A stretch of 64,000 nt of DNA from Monocercomonoides exilis PA203 (GCA_001643675.2 LSRY02000008.1:806001-870000); one strand, 5' to 3'; shown: positions 38,301 through 52,668, counted from the stretch's first letter. The notes: generated from the letters alone by a model not told the origin. Translations and numbers: made by a program.

Positions 38301-39100
38301 TTATTGCGATTTTCTATTCACTTTGAACTGGAAAAAATGTCTTTTCTTTTCAATTCATTGTTTAATTGTGAAGCATGAATGAGAGAAGTGAAGAAAATAT
38401 TTGATTCCTTGGAGGAAGCTGAAAGAAATAATGAAGCAAAACGTTTGATACGCTTGAAAAAATTATTAAGTTTTTCTAATTTTGCGTTGTTTGAAGGTTG
38501 AGAGATTGATGAAATCACTTCAGTTTTTGAATTAATTGGGGGCCTGAAATTAAATGAAAAATCGAGAATGGATGAATAAAGTTTAATTGAACAAAAATGA
38601 CTACACATTTGGGTGATTACAAAAATCATAACATTTCTCTGAGTGTTCATTTTTAAAAAAGATTTTTTTACATTATTCACAGAATAATAACAAACAAAAG
38701 ATTAAAAAAATGAAAATTGTTCAAAACAACAAATTTTGAGATTTCATTCATAAAAATACTATCTTTGAAAAATGTTTTAATTTTTCAGTTTTCATTTTTC
38801 GAAATCACTGTGAATTCTTAAACAGAACATTTTGAAAGAGAAAAATTAAATACAAAGGAAATTTAGTATTTCTTTTGAAACTTTTCATCCAGTTGCTGCA
38901 TAGTTTTGTAAATATTTAGAGTTTGAACTATGGATAAGCCAATAAACCCTTCGAGCAAAAGAAACAGATTCAGACAAAATAGAACATATTCACATTGAAT
39001 ATTATCTACCTCAGTCAAATTTACAATTTTTTATTCAAGAATATTCTTTCAAATATATATACATTTTTCATAACAAATAATCACAGGGGTAAATATATAT

Positions 39101-39511
39101 ATGTTGTTAGTGTTTATAATGGTGGACACCATCAACAACTGTGGACAGTTGCATTATATCAACAACCATTGAAAGTTGTATTTAGATAATTAACCCAATT
39201 ATTCCTTCATTGAATATGAACCGATATGAATCGTTAATATCACTTATCCAACGATGTGATATTTTATAAAAAGTATTTTTTATTTACAGAGAAACCCAAA
39301 GAAATTAAATTCTCAAATTTTCTCCGAAAATTAAAAATGTTTTTTTCAAAATTCTGCAGAGCAAGTTGTTTCATTTCCGTATGTCTTAACAGTTTGTATT
39401 CATTGGGAGAATTATTCGGTTAATTTTCAAAAAGCAACTTTCAACGGTTGTTGAGATAATTCCACTGTCCACAGTTATTGAAAGTTTCAATCATTATTAA
39501 CATAGACAATA
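39101..39511 (-). mobile_element. ~410-bp MITE (family 2), inverted copy
   Basis: Reverse complement of 31998..32408; the interior is essentially identical. Confidence 0.9.
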
Positions 39512-40781
39512 TTTAATGATTATTATTAGTGATTTCTTGCGAGCAATTGAAAAAGTCATATTCGAAACACCATCTGCAAAATAATAATTTCAAATCGATG
39601 GAAAATAATCGATTTATCAAAAAATGAGAAAGAAAAAACTTATCAATTTGGAAAATCCAATGAGATGAAATAAACACAATACTCACTCTCTTCTTCCTAT
39701 TTGTTTTTCAATTGAAAATTAATCATTTATTATTTAAAAGCAATATCGAATAAACATTCCATTTGGATTGAAAGTTTTTCGATAATTGTTGAAAGATTTT
39801 TTTCTGTGAATAATTTTTTATAGTATTATGACAAAAAAAAAAAAAAAAAAAAAAAGGAAATCTGAGTTCACAATTTATTCAATTCATCTAAATTAATAAT
39901 CTGTGTATGAATTTTTTTTCATCCTTGAAAATTCTATCAGAATTCTTTTCGTATTGACGATATATATTATTGACTTTATCGATATTTCTTTTTTGTCAAA
40001 ACGACTATCAAGAAATCAAAATATTTTTTTAGCTTTCTTTTTTGAGACGAAACTTATTTTTTAACTTTTAGAGATAAAATGAAAGCACGTGAATGTTACT
40101 ATCAAACAAATAAGGAAAACGAAAAGGAAACAAAATAACATGTTCGATTCATGATAATTTTCTGTTTTTGTTTAGACAATTGAAAAGCAGGCACGAAGCT
40201 TCTGTCAATAATCTAAAACACTTTCAACATCTGTGGACAATGTTATTAATAATGGTTCTTGCTTTTTTTGTGTTTGGATATTTCAAAAATTATCAGTTTT
40301 AACAAAGATAAAGTTTATTTTTTAACAATTTGATGTTAAAATATAAAATTTTTGGCAAATCCAATAACTTTAACTTTATGGAAAAACCAACTAAAACAAA
40401 GGGTTTGATTGATCATAATGAATAATGGGAGAAAATATTTTTATTAAAAAAAACAAATGTTTCTTCTGTCGATAACTCTGCAGATCAAAACATAATAACA
40501 CAGATCTTCAGTTCAATAACAGCCAAGATGGTTTTCAATGACATTTCAATTGTCTTTCTTTTTCTTTTCTTAGAGTTAGAAAAAACTTTGCATTCTTCTT
40601 TGTCAATGTTTTCTCCAACCGAATATTCGTTAAGCGCAATATAGTTTATCACTTCTTTTAGCAAAACAAAAGTTAATTCTTTGTGAAACACTTTTCTTTA
40701 ACTGAAAACAGATCAAAAATATTAACATTTATCGACCAACGTGTTAAAAAGAAGATAATCTTTTCATATAATATAATGAAA

Positions 40782-42796
40782 ATTTTTTAACTCTAACTTT
40801 TTTTTAAAACCAGGATTTTTTTTTAATAATAAGTTGATTTTTCCAACTTTTAATATGGTTTTCGGCATATAACGAAAATTCAATAACTGAAATTCCAGAT
40901 TAAATTACTATACCTAATCTCTGATGGGGGGGAGATGGGGGGGTTAGCTCCTCCATCTCTGATTAGTGCCTCTTCTAAGGAGATTAGGTGATAGCAACGG
41001 GGCTAACTAAGTTAGAATTTGATCGAAAATTTTTTTATTTGATTTTTTTTCATTTCAAAAAAATTTTTTAAAAATATAAAAATATGATCATAACCAACAT
41101 TTTTTTTGAATGAGCGTAATGAAGCAAAGAAAAGAAAGTGGCCAGTCAATTCTTCGAGAAAAAATGATGGTATTAGAATATCGAAGAATTGAAAATCGAT
41201 TAGAACGCATGGCGCGCATCATTGTTGATCGACATGTAATTGTTGACGCAATAAATTCTAAAGAATTCTCTCGTTCAGCAATAATTAGAGCGGTTTCAGC
41301 AGTTGAGAGTGGCAGAGATGTTGGAAAACCTGGAAGGCCAGAACTGTTCAGTGAAGAGGACAAAAACATTATTGTTGGAGTTATTAAAATCGAAAGTTTA
41401 TCCGGAACAAGTTTAAATGCAAAGAGAACAAGAGAATTAGTTTGATTTCACATTTATTTATCTTTCGTTTTTAATAATAAATATTTTTTAGATGGAATCT
41501 GTCCTTTCCGACAAAAAAAGACGATCAGAAACTGATGTTGATGAAAACATCAGTGTGTCCAAATCCTATCCTTATCTATTTGCAAAAAGGAATTCTGAGC
41601 TCAAAGCGTCCATGCCCAGAAATGTGGATATCCAACGTCTTTCAGTATCCAATCAACAAGCTCTTCTTCCTTTCTACGAGCTTCTGCAAAATCTTCACAA
41701 TTCTCATCATTATTCACCTTCTTTGATCTTAAACGCTGATGAATCTTCACTGCGCCTATCTGATTCCTTCAAAACTCTGGTGATTCACCCTTCAGGAGTT
41801 CCATCTGGATTTCATGCAACACCCACAAACATGCCTTGTGCAACTTTGGTTGTCTCAGCTGCCGCAGATGGATATTCTCTCAAAAGCATTGAGTTGTAGC
41901 CATGCCACAAATTGCCAAAGGAAATGCGAGTTTTTCTGAGCGCATTCATTGATGTTTGGGATAACAACGATGGATGGATGATGGTAGGCATATTTCAAAG
42001 ATATGCAGAAGAGGTTTTATTAACTGGAATCATCGAAAGAAGGAAAATATTAATGAGAACCAATGAGAGATGTCTTCTGCTTTTGGATTCTCACTCTTCT
42101 CGGGCTCAGCCAGATGTCTGGCAGAAATTTGCTGATAACAACATTGACTTCGTTCCTTTTATTCCTCACAGTTCACATATCAAACAACCTCTTGATCGTA
42201 GTGTGTTTGCTGTCTTCCAGAAATGCATCAACTCTCTGTACTCTGTGCCTCCGGATTCTTCCATTTCTCTCTGATGTGAGGCCATCTCCAACGTTCTTCC
42301 ACAAGCTCTTCAGACAGCATTACTTCCTGCAACTGTTGTTTCTTCGTTCAAGAAAAGCGGCGTTCAAAAAATCGGTTTTCAGTTTTATCAGCCCTGCCAA
42401 AGGAACCTTCAGTGACACTGAAAAAGAGAACACATAGGTTTGATTTTTTTGGAAAAATTATAACTGAACAAAAATTTCTTGAAGAATGGAAAAAAGAAAA
42501 GGAAATGAAAGAAAATATGAAAAGAAAAGAAAAGAAAAAAGAAAACCAAGAAAAAAATATTTTCGCAGCTGAAAAGCTTAAAAAAAGAATATTTCGCAAA
42601 TCAGACATTTTGAATGATGATGTTTTGAACGATGAATCAAAGCATAAAAATTCCAGAAAAATTATGAAGAGAGAACTTGTTGATTATGTTTATTATTTAT
42701 CAATACAATTTTCATAATTATAACATGATTGCTTGAAAAAAACTTTTTTTTTCAAACCCAAATTAAAAAACAAAGTCAGGGTTTATATATCACCCT
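40782..42796 (+). mobile_element. pogo-like DD35D element (copy B): coding 41110..42717, 52-nt intron 41440..41491, 3' TIR ~42768..42796
   Basis: ILNADES, AAADG, DGWM and LLLLDSH...QPLD with stops. The 3' end reverse complement GGGTGATATATAAACCCTGACTTT matches the 5' end of copy C. Confidence 0.9.
40890..41020 (+). promoter_or_regulatory. conserved GC-rich nested palindrome upstream of transposase B
   Basis: Outer stem ttactatacctaatctc/gagattaggtgatagcaa; inner hairpin gagatggggggg-ttag-ctcctccatctc. Confidence 0.55.
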
Positions 42797-43199
42797 AAAA
42801 AAAAAAGGTTTTTTTTTAAACGAAAAAATTGACAATCTAAGTTAAAAAAAAAATAAAAAAAAATATTTTTTTGAATAAAGAAGAAACACTTTTCGAAGAA
42901 GAACAAAAAATGATGTATTCGCAACTTTTTGAACAATCACTTTTATCATTTGATTATAAGTTATTTAAAAAACTGTCTTTGTTTGTTTGTTTCATTTCTA
43001 AGTTATTCCATATCATCACTATAATCATCTATTTTAGAAATTCATACCGTGTATCAAATTTGCTTTATGATTTTCATTTCAGGTTCGTATGAATCTTCTT
43101 CAAAATTTTTATCTTACGCGAAAAAATCTCTCTATCTTTTCTTTCTAACTTCAACAGATGTTGATTTCGAATCTTCCGTCTGACTTTCTTTCATTTCTG

Positions 43200-44500
43200 T
43201 TGTAAATTGCTATAACTGTTAATCTTCCTTTGGCATAATCAAATGAAACAAACGATTTTCAACGAAATTAACATCCTTTGAAACTTCCAAACGGTTGATA
43301 GATTCGAAAGATTTCTGTAATTGATTGATCACATCAATTATCGATGAAGATTCTGAGTCAATTTGTATTCTGCTTTTCCAAATACAAAACACTTACTCAA
43401 TGGGATTAAATTCACATGACCACGGAGCTGTGTATAGAATATTGTGATGAGTTTTATGAATATCTTCAATAACTTCTTCAACATGGTGCATTATCACGTT
43501 ATCCATAATAAGCACTACTGATTCCTCTGTTTTTTCGTGAATCTCTTCGAAAAGATCCAAAAGAAACGCTTTGAAAGCTAATGCTTTAACAACTCCGAGA
43601 ACAAAAGAGGAAAAGACAACTCCCACTAATTACTGATTAAAGAAATCGCGAGAATGTTCTCAGTAGAAATAATTCATCATCAATCAACTAACCTCTGACC
43701 GACAATTATTTGTCCACTTTCTGTCTGAAGAATCTAGCTCCATGTGCTTTCATCCAAATTTACAAAAAATTTCCCTGTTGTTTTCAACTCTCTGTTCTTC
43801 ATCACATATTCTATTCTTCGTTATTCTATCTGATCTGAATTTCTTTATTCTTCTTGAATATGATATTTTTTCATAGTGAAAATAGAAAGCCCTTGCTCTG
43901 TCAAAGATTTTGAACGGAGATGCTTTGAGACTGAATAAGGATGAACGGAAATAACTTGTTTTTATTTTCAATTCTTGACTCATAGCGTTTCCGGAAATTC
44001 TCTGATTTCTTTTTATACACTTGACCAAAACATTAGAAACTTTCAAAGTGATTTTCCTTTGCACAAATCCTTCTTTTTTTTTTGCAGACTTTTTATTCAT
44101 GTTATATATTGTAATGTTGATATTGATCTTTGACACCTTCTTGTTATAAAATCAATTTCTTGACCTTGTTTCCAATCTTCTCAAATTCAAAATAACACTT
44201 TGTTTGATAGCCGAACATGTCGCTTCCTTGGTCTTTTTGACAAACTGCTTTCTGTTTTTTCCTCTTTTTCTTTTTCATTTTTGTTTTCAGCGTTCTTCTC
44301 TTTAATTTTCCTTGGTCTCCCTCTTTTTCCTTTTTATCTAAAGCGGAAAAGTGCCAACTTCATAAAAATCTGCCACTTTCGTTTCTTGATCATTCTGGAT
44401 TGTCGCAGTGTGGCTGCAAGCATATTTGTTTGCAACAACAGTATTCAACTGATTTTTCATTTCTTTTCAGTCGTGTATTCAAAACCACAAAAGACATAAT
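43200..44500 (-). mobile_element. IS630/Tc1-type (DDE_3) transposase pseudogene
   Basis: VLIMDNVIMHH...ILYTAPWSCEFNPIE (ORF 43393..43626). Upstream HTH-like ISGNAMSQELKI and an AT-hook-like KRGRPRK (~44307-44328). Confidence 0.8.
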
Positions 44501-45016
44501 CGACTATTTCAAGGAATAAAATGGGTTTGTCAATTTTCAAGTGATCATCACCTCACAAGATTAAAACACCAATCCTTTTGTTTCCATTACATATCAAAGA
44601 TTCTTTTCAAAATCTGAAATTTTGTATTGGAGATATCTTTGTATTTGTTGTTTTGTTCAATAGAACAACTTTATTCATTATATTGGCGTTTATTTTTGAA
44701 ATCGTATATTTTATCTGGGAATGTGTAATTTTTTCATTCACTGTTATTTGTAAAAGAATTTAAAAAAAAATGTCACATGTTTTCAAATTATTGTCTTTCA
44801 AAAGCATGTTGTCACAGAAAGACAGAGAAAGTTCAAACATGTTTTTAATTGACTCATAAAATTGATTTCAAAGCGTTTGCAACAATTTGTTAATTTGATA
44901 ACATAAAAAGGAAAAATATGAAATTAAAAAAATCACCCATATTGCTTCTTTGTTGAACAAATGAATAAACAAAAGAAATAAGATTATTATCATTCAAATG
45001 CAGAAGGAATAGATAA

Positions 45017-45050
<34 letters not shown>

Positions 45051-45298
45051 ATATGTGTGAATTTTTTTGAAAAATTCTATTTATTTAATTTTCAAATAAA
45101 ATTATATTTTCTAATTTTTATCAATTTTTTGTTCCCACGGATTGAACTTTCCTAAAATGGATATCAAAACCTCAACAATGTTTTTATTTTAATTTTATTG
45201 AAGTTTCATATATGGGAACAAAAAATAGATAAAAATATGAAAATTTTATTTTATTTGACAATTTAAAAAAAAAACTTTTCAAAAAAATTCAGACATTT
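45051..45298. mobile_element. hairpin family 1 MITE, diverged
   Basis: tttaattttcaaataaaat...tgttccca...caatgtt...tgggaaca...attttatttgacaatt...cagacat. Confidence 0.75.
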
Positions 45299-46799
45299 AG
45301 CTAAAAAAACAAATGTTGGATTTGAGTTGTCTATATGGAAGCGCACATCAACAATATGGAAAGTTTCTACTGGCTTTGTCACTTTTTATTCTCTTTCAAT
45401 AAAAAAAACCGAATATGTTTCTTTTTTTAATTGTTATTTTTTTATTTGAATTAACTTTGTGGAACGTTTCTTATTCTGCAGATCTGCACAGTGTTGGATC
45501 TGTATATTTTTATGGATATGCGAACATTTATTCAGCTTATATTTTCTCTTTAATGTTTGTTCAATTTAAAACTATGTGGATCTCGATCGATATTTCATCG
45601 GAATCAATATCGCCCCACTTCCATTCTGGAGAAGCGGATCAACAATCTTAACAGAAAAAAATATGGAGCAATGGAACTTCAAATTACAACGATTGAAACA
45701 GCTGGCTTTAAATTATTCCACAAAAAGTGAAATGGTGTCCAACATCGGAAGAAATGAAGATAACTGCTGAAAAATACACAAAGTCAATAAACAACGGTTA
45801 TGAATGCAATCAACTGGATTTTGATTCAAAAAAGTGTCAATTACACTGATCAACTCCACTCACACGAATCCTTTCACAATCAAAAATGCTTATCCAATCA
45901 TTTGTTGGATTGATTATGTAATTTCAAATTTCGGTTTCACAATTTCATTCTAATTTATTTTTATACAAAGAATTTTCATTTTTGCTGCAGAATTATTCTT
46001 GAGTGTTCGAATGATCTTTCAATTGTTCCATGCAAACAGACAAATCTTATAAAAATAATAAAATTAAAGTCATATTGATGATTTAACCTTTCCATCATTT
46101 TCTCAGTTAAATAAAAGTTCTTTCAGCTGCAATTCTTCTTCTTTTGTACCTTCGTTATTCAAGCCTGTTCTTTTTCCTCTAGAAAATAAATTCTTTGTTC
46201 TGAATATTAATGAAATATGAACACAATTTTATGACTTGATAAATCAAATATTCTTTAATACCATTTTCAAATTCCAATTAAATTATTTCTGATGTGGCAA
46301 TTTCTATTTGTTCTATTCATATTTAATCTCTATCTTTTACGATAAGATCTCTTTTGATATTATGAACTTAATTTTGAACAAATTTGAATTATTTCAACTT
46401 CAATTTTTTGAAAGTCTGATCATTTATTTCGATTAAACAAAAAATTAGAGATACGACGAAAAATGTTAATGGAAGAAAAAAACAAATTAATCATCATACG
46501 AAAATGCATCTTTTCCATCTCCGGATTAAAAACGATCAATATCATCATTTGGATAATTATCAAATTTAATAATCGGGGCATCTTCATTTTCAATTTCAGT
46601 TTCTTCATCATGTCTTTTCCTTCTCCATTTCTTCCAATTATTCTTCTTTATCAATTTCAAATAAATCACTTCACTCCTTTTATTTTATTTCATATATGAA
46701 AATAGTCAACAATAATTTTCCAAATGTCAATTATTTATTTCTTTTGTTTTTTAAACTCAAAAGATAGTTATCAATGAATTTTTCGCTTATTCCTAATCA

Positions 46800-47234
46800 A
46801 AGAAAGCTTTTTCTAAGTTGGCTCTAGGTTCCTTCAATTAAGTTTGTGTATATGCCTGTTGTGGGATCTTTGAAGTTGTTTTCGTGGTAAACTGTTTTAT
46901 GAGGATATCCGAGTTCTTCCAAGAACGAATTGGCTTTCCATCATCTGAATTGATTATTGTTCACTCAGTAACATTCGCTTGAATAATTGGAATTAATGCA
47001 TTTTTCTTTCGACCTTTCACTATTATCAACAAGCATTTGCTTTTTTCTCCATCAACAAACCGTTCGATCATTCCAAAAAATCCAGATTAGAGCTTTCTTT
47101 CTTCCTTTGTGAAATTTTATTTTTCTAAGTGTCGCTTCATTTATTTCAACAATAGTATCAATTCCTCCAAGTTTTCGATATTCTGCTGTTGATAAAATGG
47201 AAAGACTTGCTCTTGTAACGGTAAAGCAAAACAC
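46800..47234 (-). mobile_element. Merlin/ISXO2 transposase remnant
   Basis: GGIDTIVEINEATLRKIKFHKGR, LIPIIQANV, GYPHKTVYHENNFKDPTTGIYTNLIEG. Confidence 0.85.
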
Positions 47235-47276
47235 AATCGAATTTTCACTAATGTATAAAAAAATAAATGTTTGACA

Positions 47277-47517
47277 AATGTCTAAATATTTTTTTTTTTT
47301 GTTTAATTTTAAAAGAAAATTTAAGTTTCATATTTCGATTACATTTCTGTTCCCACTCACAAAATTTCACTGAAATGGAAAAATAAACATTGTTAAGGTA
47401 AAGATATCCATTATGGTGTAGTTCAGTGAGTGAGAACAGAAAATTGATAAAAATATGAATTTTTATTTTATTTGAAAATTAAATAAAAAGAAACTTTTCT
47501 AAAAATTTAGACAAATG
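47277..47517. mobile_element. hairpin family 1 MITE, diverged
   Basis: atgtctaaat...atttctgttcccactcac...aacattg...gtgagtgagaacagaaa...atttagaca. Confidence 0.75.
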
Positions 47518-48199
47518 TGTAGTCCAATGTGATAATTCAGCAACATCAAAACCAACGTTTTTAATTCGATGAGACAATGGAAAAAAAGAGTTCCACTGAA
47601 TATAGGTTGATTCTTTGCTGGAGATACAATAACTTTTCATAATATCTAAGCAACCATCTCAGATTTCATAGATTTCCGACATTTTAGACATTTTTTTGAA
47701 CGTCGATATAGCAGAAAAAGCAAAATCAAATCCCACGTTGAATCGTTATTCTAAATAATTTTGAGAATCGCAAGAATATCTTTTTTGGTATCCACAATTT
47801 TGCTAATTTCTATTTTTTGATGTAGAAATTAAAACATTTTTGATGATAGAAATGAATTCTATTTGTGAAAAAAACATTGAATTTCGAAATTTTTGTGAAC
47901 AAATTCATTAGACACATAAAAAAAAGTCACTTTTATATTTTTTCTTAAAGAAAAAAAAAGAATAGCAAAAATTAAAAAAATCACCCCTAGCATGTTTCAA
48001 AAACAATATATTAAATTATTCATACAAAAAAAAAAAACCGAAAAAAAACGAGTTTCTGAATTTTTCATTAAGTTGAGATTTAAGGAATCAATTTTAAAAA
48101 AAAATAATAAATAAATTAAAAATATTGAAATTTAGCATGTGAAAACAATAAACTAACATCACTTAGAAAAATTCAAATGAATAAATATTGGAAATATAT

Positions 48200-49190
48200 A
48201 TTGACAAATATGGGATTTTTTGAATGAAAAATGAAAAGTTTGTGATAAGGCACTTCAAAAGATGAAAATAATTTCGAATTATTGATAAAGAAATTTTCTT
48301 TTGTCGAAATATTTGAAAAATTAACTATTTGATCGAAAGTCCACATAATTGGAATTTATCAAATATGAACAGTGGTAATTTGATAACTTCAGACAATGTT
48401 GTCTACCAACTTAGCTTGAGTTGTTGATGGAACGACTGTTGATTGTTTTTGAATTTCTTTTTTGAAAATGGAAAAAGTGGTAAGATCAAAAGGAGATAAT
48501 AAATGTGAAGTTTGCAGGGGAATATATAAATTTATCAACATTATTTCTCAATAAAAAATCAATGGCTTCTTGCAAAGGATGGGAAGAATGTCCATCAGCC
48601 AACAAAACAGATTTTTTGTTTATATTTGTCTTTATTTTATTTGTGTGAGGAAAAAAGCATTAATCGATTAAATGAATAAACGAAATTGACGTGCTGTGAC
48701 TTTAAAAAGATGATCTGATTATCAAATTTGTCCAAAAATAAGCTTTGAGTATGAATATTCATCAACGGTTTGCCTTTTGATCAGTAACATCTGTTTTTCG
48801 GAAAATCCAATTAATGGGATTTGTTCACTTCCAGAAACAAATCTGATGTCTCCAAAAAACTTAGAATTTTGCACTTCTTTTTGCAATTTCTTTTGTTCAA
48901 ATCACTTTCCTTATTATTCAAATCAATACATTCTTGCACACCTGTTTCATTAATGCAGAAACAAAGCTCAGTTCAAATGCGTTTTTCTTATTTAATCATT
49001 TCACAAAATGGAAAACATTCCTTTGAAGAGCTCTTCGTGGCTTTTTCAACAGATAATTCTGCTAAATGGAATAATTCGACCGTTTGTAATTTTCTTATTG
49101 GTTCAAATAATAGCAGCATCTGGATTAAACAAGTGCGTTTCAATTAAAAATAAAAAAGTTTCTCTATCACTGCTTTTATTTATTTAATTG
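48200..49190 (-). pseudogene. degraded pogo-like DDE_1 transposase (copy G, separate subfamily)
   Basis: CINETGVQ (~48935-48958), LLADGHSSH (~48580-48606), IPLQTSHLLSPFDLTTFSIFKK (~48457-48525). Confidence 0.75.
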
Positions 49191-49423
49191 GTAAACAAAA
49201 TCCAATATTGAAAAAACAATGTTTTATTGTCTGTATTACAATACTTCTTTTATTTTTTCTTGTAAAGTTTGTTCAACAATTATCATAAACATTTTATTTT
49301 TCACTTTTATAGTGAAGAATGAAAGGTAGATTTTTTTATCTTGTCTTTATTTCTATTTTTTGATGAAAAAATGAATATTTTTAAATTAATGGCATGTTGA
49401 AATCTTCAAAAATATATTTTTTA

Positions 49424-51348
49424 TCATTCAAATGTAAATATAATCCATTCATTCTCTTTTTTGAATATTTCTGGTTTTTTTCGTTCATTATCATCTTCGA
49501 AATCATCATTTTGAAAAATTTGGGATTTGTATATTTTTCTTTTTTTCGGTTTCTCTTTAGTAAACAAATTTTTTTCTATTTTTTCTTCAGCAGAATCATC
49601 AATATTCTTCTTCTCTTTCATCTTTTTGTATTCATTCAATTCATCTTAAAAATGTTTGTCAGAAATATTTTTTCCTTTGAAATTGAAACGATGGGCTTTT
49701 TTTAAGTTGAACTGAAGGAGTGTCAGGTAACTTCACCAACACAGAATTGGATTGTCCAGACAACACGCCGCTTTTTTCAAATGCAGAGTGAATTGTTGAA
49801 GAAAGTAATGCTGTTTGCAGGGCCTGAGAAAGGGCATCAGCAACTGCTTTTCTTCGAAGAGAGACAGATGAAGAAGAAGGAACGACGTATTTGGTGTTAA
49901 AACATCTTTTAAACACAGCAAAAACTCCGCAGTCAAGTGGCTGTGTGAGATGAGTGCTGTGTGAAATAAATGTAACTACGTCAATGGACACATCTGCAAA
50001 TTTTTGCCACAGATCTGGATGTATCCTTGAATGATGAGAATCCAAGAGAAGCAAGCATCTATTTTCGTACATATCCATCAATTTTCTTCTTCGGACAATT
50101 CCAGTTAGCAGTCTCTCTTTAGCATAGCGAGCAAACAATGCATCAATCATCCATCCATCATTGTCTGCCCAGGCGTGAAACTGCGGGCTGAGCAAGACCT
50201 TCATTTCTTGTGGTAGTTTTTTGATGGCCAAAGAACAAGGCTTGGCAAAAAATAACCATCAGCAGCAACTGCAACCACAAGGGTGGAGTTTGGCATGTTG
50301 ATAGGAGCTTTTGAAAACCCAACTGGATCGTCTGAAAGATGAACAGCTAGTTGTTTTGTGGAGTCGGAGAGACGAAAAGAGGATTCGTCGGTGTTGAAGA
50401 TGAGTGAAGGAGAGTATTTTTGAGAATTACGAAGTGATTGCAGAAGAGAGAAGAAAGGTTTAAAAGATTGTTTGTTTGATACAAAAAAACGTTCAATGTC
50501 AACGACGTAAGGAATCGATGTTTTGAGATCTGGATTTCGTTCAACAAATGAGTATGGTGTTGATTTTGAAATTCTGACTTCCGGTTCTTCTTCTCCACTT
50601 CGAATTTTTCTGTTAGACGGAAATGACTCCATCTTTAATTGTTTTTTTAAAAAAGTTTCAAATTGAATAAAATTAATTACAAACCAGTTTTTTCGTTTGA
50701 GTAACAGAATAACTCACTCCTATAATGATTCCTATTCTGATGACTCCAGTAATTGCTTCTTCTTCATCTTCTGAAAAAAGTTCTGGACGACCAACTTATC
50801 CCACGATTCTTCCCTTTTCAACAGCAGAAACATATCGATTAATGAATGAAAGAGAGAATTCTTTAGAATTTATTGCGTCAACAATTACATGTCGATCAAC
50901 AATGATGCGCGCCATGCGTTCTAATCGATTTTCAATTCTTCGATATTCTAATACCATCATTTTTTCTCGAAGAATTGACTGGCCACTTTCTTTTCTTTGC
51001 TTCATTACGCTCATTCAAAAAAAATGTTGGTTATGATCATATTTTTATATTTTTAAAAAATTTTTTTGAAATGAAAAAAAATCAAATAAAAAAATTTTCG
51101 ATCAAATTCTAACTTAGTTAGCCCCGTTGCTATCACCTAATCTCCTTAGAAGAGGCACTAATCAGAGATGGAGGAGCTAACCCCCCCATCTCCCCCCCAT
51201 CAGAGATTAGGTATAGTAATTTAATCTGGAATTTCAGTTATTGAATTTTCGTTATATGCCGAAAACCATATTAAAAGTTGGAAAAATCAACTTATTATTA
51301 AAAAAAAATCCTGGTTTTAAAAAAAAGTTAGGGTTAAAAAATCACCCC
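49424..51348 (-). mobile_element. pogo-like DD35D element (copy C): coding from 51014, 52-nt intron 50633..50684, 5' TIR ~51320..51348
   Basis: IFNTDES, VAADG, DGWM and LLLLDSH...QPLD with stops and frameshifts. The 5' terminus reads GGGTGATTTTTTAACCCTAACTTT. Confidence 0.9.
51104..51234 (-). promoter_or_regulatory. conserved GC-rich nested palindrome upstream of transposase C
   Basis: Identical by eye to 40890..41020 in reverse complement. Confidence 0.55.
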
Positions 51349-51610
51349 ATATCCAAAAGTATTTTTTTCTATCATTAATAATTATATGAATTTTTTTTTT
51401 TCATTAGGAATATTTTAATAAATCTTTCTATTTTTTTTTGATAAAATATTTTTGATTGTATTTTTTTGATATTTGCCTCGAAATTATCACAATGAATTGT
51501 TTCAGTTTCAGAATATTTGAATTTTTTTTTTTAATGCAGAATAATTTGTGAACAATTGAGTGAATATTTTTCGTTTCATTAACTTGAATTTGTTTTTTTT
51601 TCAAAAGATA

Positions 51611-52259
51611 CACCAAAAATAATTCAAAATCGAAAAAAAATAATTCGATTTCGAAATGAAAAATATTTTGATTTGTGGAATGAATAACTTGTGTTTTGTG
51701 TTTTGAATTTTCATTATTTTTATTTCATCCGTTCACTTTGTTTACCTATATTTGAAAAATGATGCATTTTCATTGAAAAAAATTCATTCATTTTGAAATC
51801 AAATTTCTTTAATTGAAGTATTTCAAAAAAAAAAAAATGAATTCATTTTCATGAAAAAATTGATGTTTTTCTATTTTTACTCCAAAGAAACTTATCAAAT
51901 ATAATTGTGAAAAAAACTCTTATTTTTTGTTCTTCAAAAAAATGTGATGGATTATTCTCAATTTTTAATTGGGTATTGTGAAGAATGAATTTTTGTGAAA
52001 TTTCTATCATTTCAGTGATGATTTTCGAAAATGAAGAATAAAAATTCAAAAAATTGATTTATTGATTGGATTCATATTTCTATTAAAAAAAAACAGTTAT
52101 TTGAGTAATAATATTTGATTGATTAAAAAACAACTTGAACTTCTCTGAAATCCATTCTCGAGAAAAATTGAAAATTATAGTTTAATATTCATTTTCGAAA
52201 TTGAAATATTCATTTTCGTAACTGAATTATTTTTTTTCGAAATCAAATCATTTTTGGTG
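51611..52259 (-). mobile_element. ~650-bp CACC...GGTG MITE, TA-flanked
   Basis: ta|caccaaaaat...atttttggtg|ta. Internal tgtggaatgaataacttgtgtttt and tctgaaatccattctcgagaaaaatt match 25553..26299 inverted. Confidence 0.85.
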
Positions 52260-52668
52260 TATTTTTACAAAAAAGAAAAAAATTGAAATTTTTTACTATG
52301 AAATCATCATTAAAAACTTTATAATTCTGAAAACTTTAATGAAAAATATTTCGTGAATATGTGAAAAAATAGATGCATTTTATAAATCACAGAAAAAGTT
52401 TTTTTTAGAAAAATAAAAAAATAATTTATCAAAAAGGAAGTTTATCTTTTCTGTACAACCACAGTCAATTGACAAATAGAAATAAAACATCATTCAATTA
52501 CAGTCTAAACCAAATATAATCACATCTAATACAATCACATTAGTTGATCTTCACATTTATCCATGGTCTGACATTTTTGGACAATTTTTCATTCTTTTTC
52601 CATCGCAGATTATCACATAGCAAAATATATAATATCACAATTTTTTTTCATCATGGGTGATCTTTTCG

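Noticed and set aside
51326-51336. Telomeric TTAGGG
   Set aside because: A single unit inside a transposon TIR.
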